Assembly (NCBI GenBank): GCA_000802045.1
Contig: JUEF01000126.1
Coordinates: forward strand, 8,607-72,606
Direction: 5' to 3'
Length of the DNA: 64,000 nucleotides
DNA from: Peptococcaceae bacterium BICA1-8
Lineage (GTDB): Bacteria > Bacillota > Peptococcia > Peptococcales > BICA1-8
Numbering within the stretch: position 1 is the stretch's first letter; each line of letters starts with the position of its first letter. Below are positions 49,347-58,690 of the stretch, piece after piece. A program made the position numbers and the translations under genes. The notes under the pieces were generated by a model. It searched no databases and was not told the DNA's origin. It worked only from the letters and a program-made list of their open reading frames with translations.

Positions 49347-51320
49347 ATGCCTACTAGAGAAATTTATTGGAATATATCGGGGCATTTTTTAATGTATATC
49401 TTATTTTTGATTGCCTTAGGAGTTTTTGCTTATGGTATATATAAACGTGTTAAGCTATGGAATCAAGGGGAAAAGGAAAATAGATCTTTTAATATAACAT
49501 ATGCTCTAAGACAAATATTTCTTCACCAAGGTCTTTTAAAAAAGAGTTTACCCGGGTTTATGCATTTAACAATTTTTTTTGGTTTTTTAGTCTTAACTAT
49601 TGCAACTATATTAGTAGCAATTCAAGCTGATTTTGGCTTAATAATACTTAAAGGAAACTTTTATTTAATATTTTCTTTACTAACTGATTTAGCGGGATTC
49701 CTAATATTAATTGGCATAATAATTGCTCTGTCAAGGCGCATTTTTTTCACGGATACCGGTCTGGATAACAAATGGGATGATTATATAGTGTTAGGGATAA
49801 TTGGTGCTATTGTTATTACCGGCTTTATTATTGAGGGTTTACGACTAGATATTACCCAAGTAGCTTGGGCAGGTTGGTCGCCTATTGGAGTATTGTTTAG
49901 TATTCCTTTTAGAAATGTATCAATTACGAACCAGCAATCCTTACACCAAATTTTATGGTGGATACATTTATTGCTAGCGATGTTTTTCATAGCCTATATT
50001 CCATATTCAAAGCTATTTCATATTATAGTGTCCTTTTTAAATCAAGCTTATTATCAAAAGGATGCAGGTAGAGTTTTAACGAGATTAGATCTGGAGAATG
50101 AAGAAGCGGAAACCTTTGGTGTGGGAGCCTCAGCTCAATTTACATGGAAACAGAGGATGGATCTAGATGCTTGTACACGATGTGGCCGCTGTCAAACTAA
50201 TTGCCCAGCATACAACTCACAAAAGCCATTAAATCCGAAAGAACTTACTCAAAATTTAAAGTCAATTATGTATAAAGAGGAATTAAGTAATTTGCCTTCT
50301 AGTGCTCAATTTGCTGAAGTAGCTGCGACAGTTAAAGCCAAAGGCCTAAATAACGAAATTTCAGAAGATGTAATTTGGTCATGTACAACATGTTTAGCTT
50401 GCCAGGAAGGCTGTCCGGTTAATGTTGAGCATATTCAGAAAATAGTAGATATTCGCAGGTATAATGTACTTACCGAAGGTGATTTTCCAGGGGAACTACA
50501 GTCAACCTTTAGAAACATTGAAACAAACGGGAATCCATGGGGTATTAGTTGGTCTTCAAGAGAAAATTGGGCAAAGGAAACAAATATACCAATTGGCAAA
50601 AGTTTAGAAGAAAATACAATATTGTACTGGCCTGGTTGCTTTGGGGCTTATGATGAACGAATTAAAAAGGTTTCTCAGGCATTTGCCCAAATTCTCCAAA
50701 AAGCAAATATTAGCTTTACTATACTAGGAAACTCGGAAAAGTGTTGTGGTGACTCGGTAAGAAGGTTGGGTAATGAGTATCTGTACCAAATGTTAGTCAT
50801 GGAAAATATAGAAACTCTACAGGAAAGAGGAATTACGAAAATAGTAACTCAGTGTCCCCACTGTTATAACAGTCTAAAAAATGAATATCCGAAATTTGGA
50901 GGAAACTTTGAAGTTTCCCACCATACTGAGTTTATTAATCTACTAATTAAGGGTGGTAGCTTTAAGCAAAATATTGAGAAATTGGCAACTATAACTTATC
51001 ATGATCCATGCTATTTAGGTAGGTATAATGAGCTCTATGAAGCCCCGAGAGATATTTTACGGACTGTAAAAGGCCTAAAGTTAATCGAAATGCCAAGAAA
51101 CAAAGAGAATAGCTTTTGCTGTGGAGCAGGTGGTGGAAGAATGTGGTTGGAGGAAAACATTGGTAATAGAATTTCTTCTTTAAGGGCACAGGAAGCAGCA
51201 AACCTAAACGCTGAATTACTTTGTACAGCATGTCCTTTCTGTTTAACTATGTTTAGTGATGAAGGTGAAAAAGGACTTCCGGTTAAGGATATCGCAGAAA
51301 TCATCTTAGGGGATAAATAA
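49347..51320 (+). CDS. Membrane Fe-S oxidoreductase (FadF/EMO-like: NarI-like TM region, 4Fe-4S dicluster, two CCG domains)
   Basis: CTRCGRCQTNCP, CTTCLACQEGCP, CCGD, HDPCYLGR, CCGAGGG. Confidence 0.88.
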   Translation: MPTREIYWNISGHFLMYILFLIALGVFAYGIYKRVKLWNQGEKENRSFNITYALRQIFLHQGLLKKSLPGFMHLTIFFGFLVLTIATILVAIQADFGLIILKGNFYLIFSLLTDLAGFLILIGIIIALSRRIFFTDTGLDNKWDDYIVLGIIGAIVITGFIIEGLRLDITQVAWAGWSPIGVLFSIPFRNVSITNQQSLHQILWWIHLLLAMFFIAYIPYSKLFHIIVSFLNQAYYQKDAGRVLTRLDLENEEAETFGVGASAQFTWKQRMDLDACTRCGRCQTNCPAYNSQKPLNPKELTQNLKSIMYKEELSNLPSSAQFAEVAATVKAKGLNNEISEDVIWSCTTCLACQEGCPVNVEHIQKIVDIRRYNVLTEGDFPGELQSTFRNIETNGNPWGISWSSRENWAKETNIPIGKSLEENTILYWPGCFGAYDERIKKVSQAFAQILQKANISFTILGNSEKCCGDSVRRLGNEYLYQMLVMENIETLQERGITKIVTQCPHCYNSLKNEYPKFGGNFEVSHHTEFINLLIKGGSFKQNIEKLATITYHDPCYLGRYNELYEAPRDILRTVKGLKLIEMPRNKENSFCCGAGGGRMWLEENIGNRISSLRAQEAANLNAELLCTACPFCLTMFSDEGEKGLPVKDIAEIILGDK

Positions 51321-51413
51321 ATAGGGATATGCAAGAGTTTATTCTGGAAAATATATTTGAATTTCGTTACATGAGTATCTTGAAATTAAAAGTTGAGAGA
51401 GGAGATGATTTTG

Positions 51414-52157
51414 ATGTTAGTGGAGCGAAAAGTTGCTTTGATAACTGGCTCAGCCACAGGAATAGGTAGAGCGGTAGCCTTGAATTTGGACAAACAAGGT
51501 ATCAATATAATTATTAATTATTCCCGTTCCGAAGAAGATGCAGTAATGACAGAGAAAGATGTAAAAGACCTTGGTGTTGAATGTTTATTATATAAGGCAG
51601 ATGTTTCAAATGATATACAAATTAAGGAAATGATTGAAAGTACTCTAGAGAAATTTAATCGCTTAGATTATTTAGTAAACTGTGCTGGTACAACAGATTT
51701 TGTAGATTTAAAGGATTTAGATGGCTTAAGGGAAGAACATTGGGATAAAGTTATGAACGTTAATGTAAAGGGATTGTTTTTTACATGCAGAGCGGTCGCA
51801 AATGCTTTAAAAGAAACCCACGGAAGTATAGTTAATATAACCTCTGTAGATGGCATTACAGGAATTGGAAGTTCAATCGCATATGCTGCATCTAAAGCTG
51901 CTGCAATAAGTGCAACAAAGTCCTTAGCTTGTGTTCTTGCTCCGGAAGTTAGAGTTAATAGTGTTGCTCCCGGCATAGTATTAACCCGTTGGGTTGAAGG
52001 TTGGGATGACTATAAAACTGATGCTCAAAGTACTACTCCTTTACAAAAATTGTGTAGACCAGAAGATGTGGCAGAAGTTGTGGTAGGATTACTAAATGCA
52101 GCTTCAATGGTAACGGGGCAAACAATAGTGGTTGATGGAGGTAAAATTAATAAATAA
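51414..52157 (+). CDS. Short-chain dehydrogenase/reductase
   Basis: TGSATGIG, NCAG, YAASK. Confidence 0.92.
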   Translation: MLVERKVALITGSATGIGRAVALNLDKQGINIIINYSRSEEDAVMTEKDVKDLGVECLLYKADVSNDIQIKEMIESTLEKFNRLDYLVNCAGTTDFVDLKDLDGLREEHWDKVMNVNVKGLFFTCRAVANALKETHGSIVNITSVDGITGIGSSIAYAASKAAAISATKSLACVLAPEVRVNSVAPGIVLTRWVEGWDDYKTDAQSTTPLQKLCRPEDVAEVVVGLLNAASMVTGQTIVVDGGKINK

Positions 52158-52226
52158 TAAACTTAAAAAAACCAATTGGCTTATTTCTGGAAGACAGATA
52201 CTATTATGGGAAAAAGAGGTGAAATA

Positions 52227-54056
52227 ATGGAGAGAATTATCTGTGATATCTTAGTTGTTGGTGGTGGCGGTGGAGGGTTAAGGGCTGCTTTAGCTGTTAA
52301 AGAGAAAAACCCACAATTAAAAGTTGTTTTAGCCACAAAAGGTGCGCTGGGTAAAAGTGGTGTTACTGCATTAGCTTGCTCGGATAGGATGGCTTTTCAT
52401 GCAACTTTAGCACATACAGAGCCTCAAGAACCTCATTCTTGGAAGTACCATGCTCAGGATATTTATGAGATAGGGGGAAAGGTTTCTGATGGGATTTTAG
52501 CAGAAATACTTGCCCAGAATGGTGAAAAGGCATTTAATTATTTAGATGAAATAGGAGTACCCTTTGTAAGGAAAGAAGGACTAGTTGATCAGTTTATTAC
52601 TGATGGATCTGATTATCCAAGAGCTTGTTATACAGGTCCTAAGACAGCTGTTCATATCGAAGAAGCCTTAGTGAGAGAAATTTTAAAAAATAATATCCAA
52701 ATTGTTGAATACTGTATGTTGGTAAAGATATTGCTTGAAAGAAACCAAGTAAAAGGTACAATTGCAGTTGATACAAGACAGGATAATCTAGACAAAGGAT
52801 TAATGGTTTTTGAAACAAAAGCTATTATCTTGGCAACTGGCGGCGGTGGTAAGGCTTTTAAGTATAATGTGTTTCCTGAAGGGGGAACTGGTGATGCTTA
52901 CGCCTTAGCCTATTCAGTGGGAGCACAATTGGTTAACATGGAGTTTATACAAATTGGCATTGCTTCCACAAAAACAAAGCTTAACTGTTCAGGTAGTGCT
53001 ATGAGGGCGATACCTAGGTTTGTTAATGATAAGGGTGAAGAGTTTTTATATTCGTACTTCCCTGAAGGAACAAGTCTAAAAGAAATGTATAATTACGTAT
53101 TTCAAAAAGGTGCAAGTTGGCCTGTTTCCTATGAGCATAAAACCCATATAATTGATATTGCCGTGTATAAGGAAATAAATAAGGGAAATAAAGTTTTTTT
53201 AGATTATTCTACAAATCCAACTGGTTTTAGTTTTGCAGATTTAGACCCAATCTGGCAGGAAAGATACAACACTGAAATTAGTAATAACCTTGGTAAAGAA
53301 GCAAGGAAGGCTTCACCTTTAAACCGCCTGAAGGAAATTAACAGTCCATCAATAAGATGGCTAAAAGGGCATAGCTTAGATGTAGAAGTAGGAGAAATGG
53401 TCCAAATTGCTACATGCGCTCAGCATTTTCAAGGTGGAGTTAAGATTGACGAAAAAGGTGAAACTAATATAAAAGGGTTATATGCTGTTGGGGAATGTGC
53501 CGGGGGACAACATGGTGCCAATAGGCCTGGCGGGAATGCTTTATTGGATTGTCAGGTGTTTGGTCAAATAACTGGTGAGGATGCAGCAAATAAATGTCCC
53601 GTAATTCAACAAGCTGCTATAAGTGGAAATGAAATTGAGGAGTTTAAGACAGAAGTAAAAAAAATGATTGGTACTGTCGGGATTGAGGCCCTAAAAGCTA
53701 GAAGTGAGCTACAAGAAGTTATGAATCAATTTGCAAGTATTGTCCGGACAGAAAAAGGCCTGTTAGAAGCAGCTAAGAGAATAAAGGTACTAAGGGATAA
53801 ACAAATTAAGCTAGACTCTCATGGTATTGATTTTGCACTAGAGACTCAAAACCTGATTATTATTTCGGAAATTATTGTTAAGTCAGCCTTAATGAGAGAT
53901 GAAAGTAGAGGACCACATTTAAGGTTTAGTGAATACACGGATAATGTACCAATAAGGCGTAAAGACCCAGATTGGCAAAAATATATTGTAATAAAAAAGG
54001 TAAATAATGAGCCGGAATTGTTTGTACATAATCCCCTAGGCTTCAGTTTTAAGTAG
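52227..54056 (+). CDS. FAD-dependent oxidoreductase, SdhA/FrdA/NadB family
   Basis: GGGGGG, LATGG, NMEFIQ, HFQGG, HGANRPGGNAL, ESRGPH. Confidence 0.85.
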   Translation: MERIICDILVVGGGGGGLRAALAVKEKNPQLKVVLATKGALGKSGVTALACSDRMAFHATLAHTEPQEPHSWKYHAQDIYEIGGKVSDGILAEILAQNGEKAFNYLDEIGVPFVRKEGLVDQFITDGSDYPRACYTGPKTAVHIEEALVREILKNNIQIVEYCMLVKILLERNQVKGTIAVDTRQDNLDKGLMVFETKAIILATGGGGKAFKYNVFPEGGTGDAYALAYSVGAQLVNMEFIQIGIASTKTKLNCSGSAMRAIPRFVNDKGEEFLYSYFPEGTSLKEMYNYVFQKGASWPVSYEHKTHIIDIAVYKEINKGNKVFLDYSTNPTGFSFADLDPIWQERYNTEISNNLGKEARKASPLNRLKEINSPSIRWLKGHSLDVEVGEMVQIATCAQHFQGGVKIDEKGETNIKGLYAVGECAGGQHGANRPGGNALLDCQVFGQITGEDAANKCPVIQQAAISGNEIEEFKTEVKKMIGTVGIEALKARSELQEVMNQFASIVRTEKGLLEAAKRIKVLRDKQIKLDSHGIDFALETQNLIIISEIIVKSALMRDESRGPHLRFSEYTDNVPIRRKDPDWQKYIVIKKVNNEPELFVHNPLGFSFK

Positions 54057-54228
54057 TTATGTGCTATATGATGTCAATGCAGCGCTTGGTATTGGAAAAA
54101 AGGTATTTTCAACTCTGTTAAAATGTTGCAATAATAACTTTTTGTATAAACTGTGATATAATTATTTAATGTTTTGCATTATTTTTTGTTTTTTACATTT
54201 TTTCTCGAGAAAAGGGGGAATACCAAAG

Positions 54229-54999
54229 GTGGACAATCCTCAAAGTCAAATACAATCCTTAGACAGAGCTTTTACATTAATAGAAATAATAGCTAATGCC
54301 AATGAGCCAATGAGTCTAAAAACTATTACAGGGCTTGCTGATTTACCTAAACCTACCGTTTATAGATTATTATCTAGTCTGGAAGCTTGGGGTTATGTTG
54401 ACCATGATGACCATAAGGGTTATAAGCTGGGAACAAAGTTTCTCTTTTTAGGGATTAAGGTTCAAGAGAGTCAGGAAATAAAAAAGATTGCTCGGCCGTT
54501 CTTGAAGGAATTAAATGCGATCACTAATGAGACGGTTTTTCTGGGTGTTCTCGATAAGGGGCGTAGCCTCTATGTTGATAAACTGGATAGTAATCACTCG
54601 GTAAGATTAGTTTCGCGGATTGGTTCTAGGAACTATCTGCATAGTACCGGGTTAGGAAAATGCCTTTTGTCTGGTTTAGATGAGAAAGAGGTCATAAACC
54701 TTTTAGATAAACAGGGAATGCCGGCGATGACAGAGAATACAATAATAGAAAAAGATATTCTACTACAGAAACTAAGGATAGTTAGAGAAAAAGGTTTTGT
54801 AACTGACAACATCGAAAACGAAGAAGGTGTTCGCTGTATTGCTGCTCCGGTTAAAGACCACAAAGGAAAAGTAGTTTCAGCAGTGAGTATTTCTGGCCCT
54901 ATGCAGCGGATTACTGATGAGGCTATTGAGACGAAGTTAAAACCAGCACTCTTAAATACAGTCGCAAAAATTTCCCAGGCGTTAGGATATAAAGAATAA
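54229..54999 (+). CDS. IclR-family regulator
   Basis: IQSLDRA, LPKPTVYRLL, HSTGLGK, GVRCIAAPV; GTG start after GGGGG. Confidence 0.93.
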   Translation: MDNPQSQIQSLDRAFTLIEIIANANEPMSLKTITGLADLPKPTVYRLLSSLEAWGYVDHDDHKGYKLGTKFLFLGIKVQESQEIKKIARPFLKELNAITNETVFLGVLDKGRSLYVDKLDSNHSVRLVSRIGSRNYLHSTGLGKCLLSGLDEKEVINLLDKQGMPAMTENTIIEKDILLQKLRIVREKGFVTDNIENEEGVRCIAAPVKDHKGKVVSAVSISGPMQRITDEAIETKLKPALLNTVAKISQALGYKE

Positions 55000-55098
55000 A
55001 TAAACAATAACCGGTCCTTGATGGGCCGGTTTGTATTTTCTGTTTTCCTTTTTGAACAATAGTGTGATTATTATCTACCGAGGTGGGTGGAAAAACTC

Positions 55099-55142
55099 TT
55101 CTTAATTATTTCTTGATATTTTCTTTAACTTTTCCTCAAAAG
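55099..55142 (+). promoter_or_regulatory. Four 11-bp tandem repeats, possible OmpR-family binding sites
   Basis: TTCTTAATTAT TTCTTGATATT TTCTTTAACTT TTCCTCAAAAG. Confidence 0.45.
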
Positions 55143-55215
55143 TTTTATTATAAATAATGTAAACTATATATATAGGCAGCATTGTGTTGCTATTTGGATA
55201 AGGTGGTGAATTTTC

Positions 55216-55914
55216 ATGGAGAACCCCTTGATTTTAGTTGTTGATGATGAGAGCAAGATTAGAGAAACAATTGCTCAATTTTTAAGGGAGCAGGGCTATC
55301 CTGTGGAGATGGCTGCTAATGGCAAGGAAGCTCTGGAAATGCTCAAGAGCAAAAAACCGGATTTAATTCTTCTGGATTTAATGCTTCCAGGAATTAGCGG
55401 AATAGAAGTTTGCAAGCAAATAAGAAAAGATTCCCAGGTACCAATTATTATGTTAACTGCCAAGGGTGAGGAGATTGATAAACTAATCGGCCTAGAATTA
55501 GGAGCAGACGATTATATTACAAAGCCCTTCAGCCTCAGGGAAGTAGAAGCAAGGATGAAGGCGGTTTTACGGCGAACTAATAGCAGCTTGACGGAAATAG
55601 AAAAAGAAGAAATACTAATATTTAAATACCTAGAGATCCATCCTGAAATTAGAGAAGTGCTTGTCAACGGGAAACTAATAGAACTGACACCATCGGAATA
55701 CGCCATATTATTAACCTTGGCCCGTAGTCCAGGTCGTCCCTTTAGCAGGCTGCAGCTATTAAATTCTACCTGGGGGGAAAGCTATGCAGGCTATGAGCGA
55801 GCTATTGATACCCATGTTAGCAACTTAAGGAAAAAAATTGAAACAGATCCCCATGAACCTACTTTTATCCAAACAGTTTATGGAATTGGGTATAAATTTG
55901 GAGTCAACTTATGA
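55216..55914 (+). CDS. OmpR-family response regulator
   Basis: VVDDE, LDLMLP, GADDYITKPF, TVYGIGY. Confidence 0.95.
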   Translation: MENPLILVVDDESKIRETIAQFLREQGYPVEMAANGKEALEMLKSKKPDLILLDLMLPGISGIEVCKQIRKDSQVPIIMLTAKGEEIDKLIGLELGADDYITKPFSLREVEARMKAVLRRTNSSLTEIEKEEILIFKYLEIHPEIREVLVNGKLIELTPSEYAILLTLARSPGRPFSRLQLLNSTWGESYAGYERAIDTHVSNLRKKIETDPHEPTFIQTVYGIGYKFGVNL

Positions 55915-57281
55915 AGCTTTCAAGAAAATTGAGCATAGTATTAATTATTGCTGTTTTAACTGCCGGCATCCTAATCAGCGTTTTTTCCTTAGAAGCTACA
56001 AAAAGCTCTTTTAATCAGTATGTTTTTAAGGTTAGGGAAGCCCAGCTTGATCAGTGGCAAGAAGTCTATACCCAGTATTATTTATACCAGGGTAGCTGGC
56101 AGGATATAGAAAATCTAAGAATGGGTGGTTCTATGATGCGCGGTCAAGGGCAAGGCATGGGCTGGGGTGCAAATCGGCAGGATGTTGTTTTAGCTGATTT
56201 GCACGGGAAAATCCTTAGCCATCCTTATCCGGACCAAGTAGGGAAAGTATTAGAGGATAGCCTTATTAATAAAGGAAGACCTATTAAAATAGCTGGTAAA
56301 GTAGAAGGCTATATTTTTCCCCAAGAAATCTTCATCCCGGAAGCCCGAGAATTGGAACGAAAATTTATTACATCTGTGCTAAATGCTGTTGTTTTGGGTA
56401 CCCTGTTAGCCAGCTTAATTGCTATTGTTTTTGGACTATGGTTATCTAGGAAAATGACTAGGCCGTTAGAAGAGCTGGCTAATGTTTCACAGAAAGTGGC
56501 TAAAGGTGATTTTGGGCATTTTATATCATTGAATACTAGGGATGAGTTGGGAAGTGTCGCCCAAGCTTTTAATAAGATGTCTCGGGAACTAGAACAAGCA
56601 CAATTTACAAGAAAACAAATGTTTGCTGATATCAGCCATGAGTTACGAACACCTTTAACAATATTAGGAAGTAGGATTGAGGCTGCGTTAGAATCTAAGG
56701 GTATATTAGATGCACCTCAGTTATCCTCCCTTTATGATGAAGTTATCCGTTTGCAGGGCTTAGTTAAAGAACTGCAGGATTTGAGTAATTTAGAAGCAGG
56801 GCAAATTAAGCTGAATATTCAAGAGATTGACCCTAGACAATTTACACTGGACTTAAGTTTTTTGTTTGAAGCTGAGGCAAATGCCAGGGATATTAAGTTT
56901 GAGATCTTTGTTGATGAAAAATTGGAATTAATTCAAGCTGATATGCAAAAGTTAAAGCAAATTATCTTAAACCTATTAAGTAACGCTTTTCATTATACCC
57001 AGCCCGGTGGCTTTGTCCAGCTGAGGATGGAAAAAATCGGAGTTAATGCAGTTATTAAGGTTTTAGATAGTGGACCAGGAATTGATAAAGAGGATTTGCA
57101 AAACATTTTTCAGAGGTTTTATCGAGCTGATAAGTCAAGAAATCGAGCTACGGGAGGTACAGGCTTAGGTCTTGCTATTGCAAAAGGATATGTGGAAGCC
57201 CATAATGGGCAAATATCCGTAGAAAGCATCGTCGGTAAAGGCACCATGTTTATTATAACTTTACCGTTGGGTGATATATAG
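55911..57281 (+). CDS. Sensor histidine kinase (BaeS-like)
   Basis: HAMP, SHELRTPL, DSGPG, GGTGLGL. Confidence 0.95.
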   Translation: MKLSRKLSIVLIIAVLTAGILISVFSLEATKSSFNQYVFKVREAQLDQWQEVYTQYYLYQGSWQDIENLRMGGSMMRGQGQGMGWGANRQDVVLADLHGKILSHPYPDQVGKVLEDSLINKGRPIKIAGKVEGYIFPQEIFIPEARELERKFITSVLNAVVLGTLLASLIAIVFGLWLSRKMTRPLEELANVSQKVAKGDFGHFISLNTRDELGSVAQAFNKMSRELEQAQFTRKQMFADISHELRTPLTILGSRIEAALESKGILDAPQLSSLYDEVIRLQGLVKELQDLSNLEAGQIKLNIQEIDPRQFTLDLSFLFEAEANARDIKFEIFVDEKLELIQADMQKLKQIILNLLSNAFHYTQPGGFVQLRMEKIGVNAVIKVLDSGPGIDKEDLQNIFQRFYRADKSRNRATGGTGLGLAIAKGYVEAHNGQISVESIVGKGTMFIITLPLGDI

Positions 57282-57287
57282 TCGATA

Positions 57288-57313
57288 AGTGGGCGAGTGA
57301 GCGAGTGGGCGAG
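57288..57313 (+). repeat. (AGTGRGCG)x3 octamer repeat
   Basis: agtgggcg agtgagcg agtgggcg ag. Confidence 0.7.
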
Positions 57314-57417
57314 AAAAGAGTATGGATCATTGTTCTTTTTTAGGAACTTTGACTATAGTCTTTTTTCTTTTTCCTGGGAACGAAGCTTAAAAAGTTGTCT
57401 AAATAATCTATTGTTTG

Positions 57418-57542
57418 TGTCAGACGGAAAATATTCACTTAGAAGTATTGTCAGACGCAAAAGAATGACCTCAAAGTAATGTCAGACGCGTAATCTTCAC
57501 CCGGTAGCAATTGTCAGACGCAATATTTAACCAAATAGTGAT
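57418..57542 (+). repeat. Four-unit array, period 31/31/32 bp, invariant TGTCAGACG core
   Basis: Cores at 57418, 57449, 57480, 57512. Confidence 0.88.
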
Positions 57543-57603
57543 TTATATTTTTACAAGAAATTTGAAAGACTAATGTTAAGTACTGACGAAAGGAGAAAAA
57601 AAT

Positions 57604-57969
57604 ATGATAGGGGAAAAATTAAACACACCGGAAACTAATAAAAAAGTTAAAGGAAATGCATTTGTGCCAACGGAAGAAGGTTCTGCTACATTAGAGAGTC
57701 TAGATGCTGAGGGTGTAACAGTAAAATATGAACAGGGGCCTACCGAATATACTCAGGGTTTTCGTGGTGCACCCTGGAGCAGAGAGCCCAGCTTAAAGTT
57801 TATGTGTGAAGAGGTGGGCGTAAATATGGATAACTTAATTTCGGGAATTGAAAAAGACAAATCTTACACTGAAATGGCTAAGGAATTAGGAGTATCTAAA
57901 AAAACAGTACAAGCTTTAAAAGATCGTTTTATGACCCATGGTTTGCAGTCAATCGAAGGGCAGGACTAA
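57604..57969 (+). CDS. Conserved hypothetical protein with C-terminal helix-turn-helix
   Basis: AAGGAG RBS; QGFRGAPWSREPSL motif; YTEMAKELGVSKKTV HTH. Confidence 0.75.
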   Translation: MIGEKLNTPETNKKVKGNAFVPTEEGSATLESLDAEGVTVKYEQGPTEYTQGFRGAPWSREPSLKFMCEEVGVNMDNLISGIEKDKSYTEMAKELGVSKKTVQALKDRFMTHGLQSIEGQD

Positions 57970-57972
57970 ACA

Positions 57973-58012
57973 AATAAAAAATGTGTGACTATATTGTCAC
58001 ACATTTTTTATT
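57973..58012. terminator. Bidirectional terminator
   Basis: AATAAAAAATGTGTGAC-tatatt-GTCACACATTTTTTATT. Confidence 0.8.
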
Positions 58013-58026
58013 GATAATCGTTATCA

Positions 58027-58152
58027 CTATTTCTTGAAACTTTTGACTAATTCCAGCTTAGTAAAATGTTGGGTAGGTTTGCTTAGTATTTCAAAGTCCT
58101 TGCGTGCTTTATCAATCCGGACTACAGCTACCTTGTCATTAAAAATATTCAT
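58027..58152 (-). CDS. 41-aa small protein (not in ORF track)
   Basis: AGGAGGTG RBS; MNIFNDKVAVVRIDKARKDFEILSKPTQHFTKLELVKSFKK then TAG TGA TAA; terminator downstream. Confidence 0.65.
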   Translation of the reverse strand: MNIFNDKVAVVRIDKARKDFEILSKPTQHFTKLELVKSFKK

Positions 58153-58169
58153 TCTTGCCACCTCCTAAA

Positions 58170-58184
58170 TGATAATTATTGTCA
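58170..58184. promoter_or_regulatory. Fur-box-like site
   Basis: TGATAATTATTGTCA, 14/15 match to TGATAATnATTATCA. Confidence 0.55.
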
Positions 58185-58410
58185 TTTGCTTATATTTTAC
58201 AGCTATTTGTGATTTTGTGCAAATAGCTGTAAGCAGTACCAAATGTTCAAATAATGTCAAATACAGTAATTATTACGAAATAGATATTGTTTCCTTACAA
58301 AAACACCATAATACTAAAAATTACTAGATAACATATTTAAAATTAGGATTTAATATTTTAAATAAGCTAGGTCCGTGGTAGAATAGCAGATAAAGAGCTC
58401 TAATGGGGGA

Positions 58411-58617
58411 ATGTTTATGAACCAGGAGCAGTTATGGGTTGTAGAAAAAATTGCTGATGGCTTGGTTTATTTTACAAATGGTCCGGAAAAAGCAATAGTT
58501 CCATTGGGTTTAATACCTGGCAAAGCTATTCCCGGTGATATTGTTAGGATTGATTATGATGAAAAGGGTAATTTGCTTTCCTTGAAGGTTGTTTTAAAAA
58601 ATATTGCTGAACGATAA
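58411..58617 (+). CDS. Small hypothetical protein (DUF3006-like)
   Basis: VPLGLIPGKAIPGDIV pattern; GGGGGA RBS. Confidence 0.55.
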   Translation: MFMNQEQLWVVEKIADGLVYFTNGPEKAIVPLGLIPGKAIPGDIVRIDYDEKGNLLSLKVVLKNIAER

Positions 58618-58690
58618 TGAATATAAAAATTTTTAATATTAGATAAGTTGGGTATATATAATAAACTAATCAATTTAAGGTGGGGGAATT

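Noticed and set aside
57297-57479. 60-aa ORF from the ORF track
   Set aside because: No RBS; runs through repeat and T-rich sequence; likely spurious
57418-57520. CRISPR array or Spo0A boxes
   Set aside because: A 9-bp core is too short for CRISPR; TGTCAGA differs from the TGNCGAA 0A box at two positions
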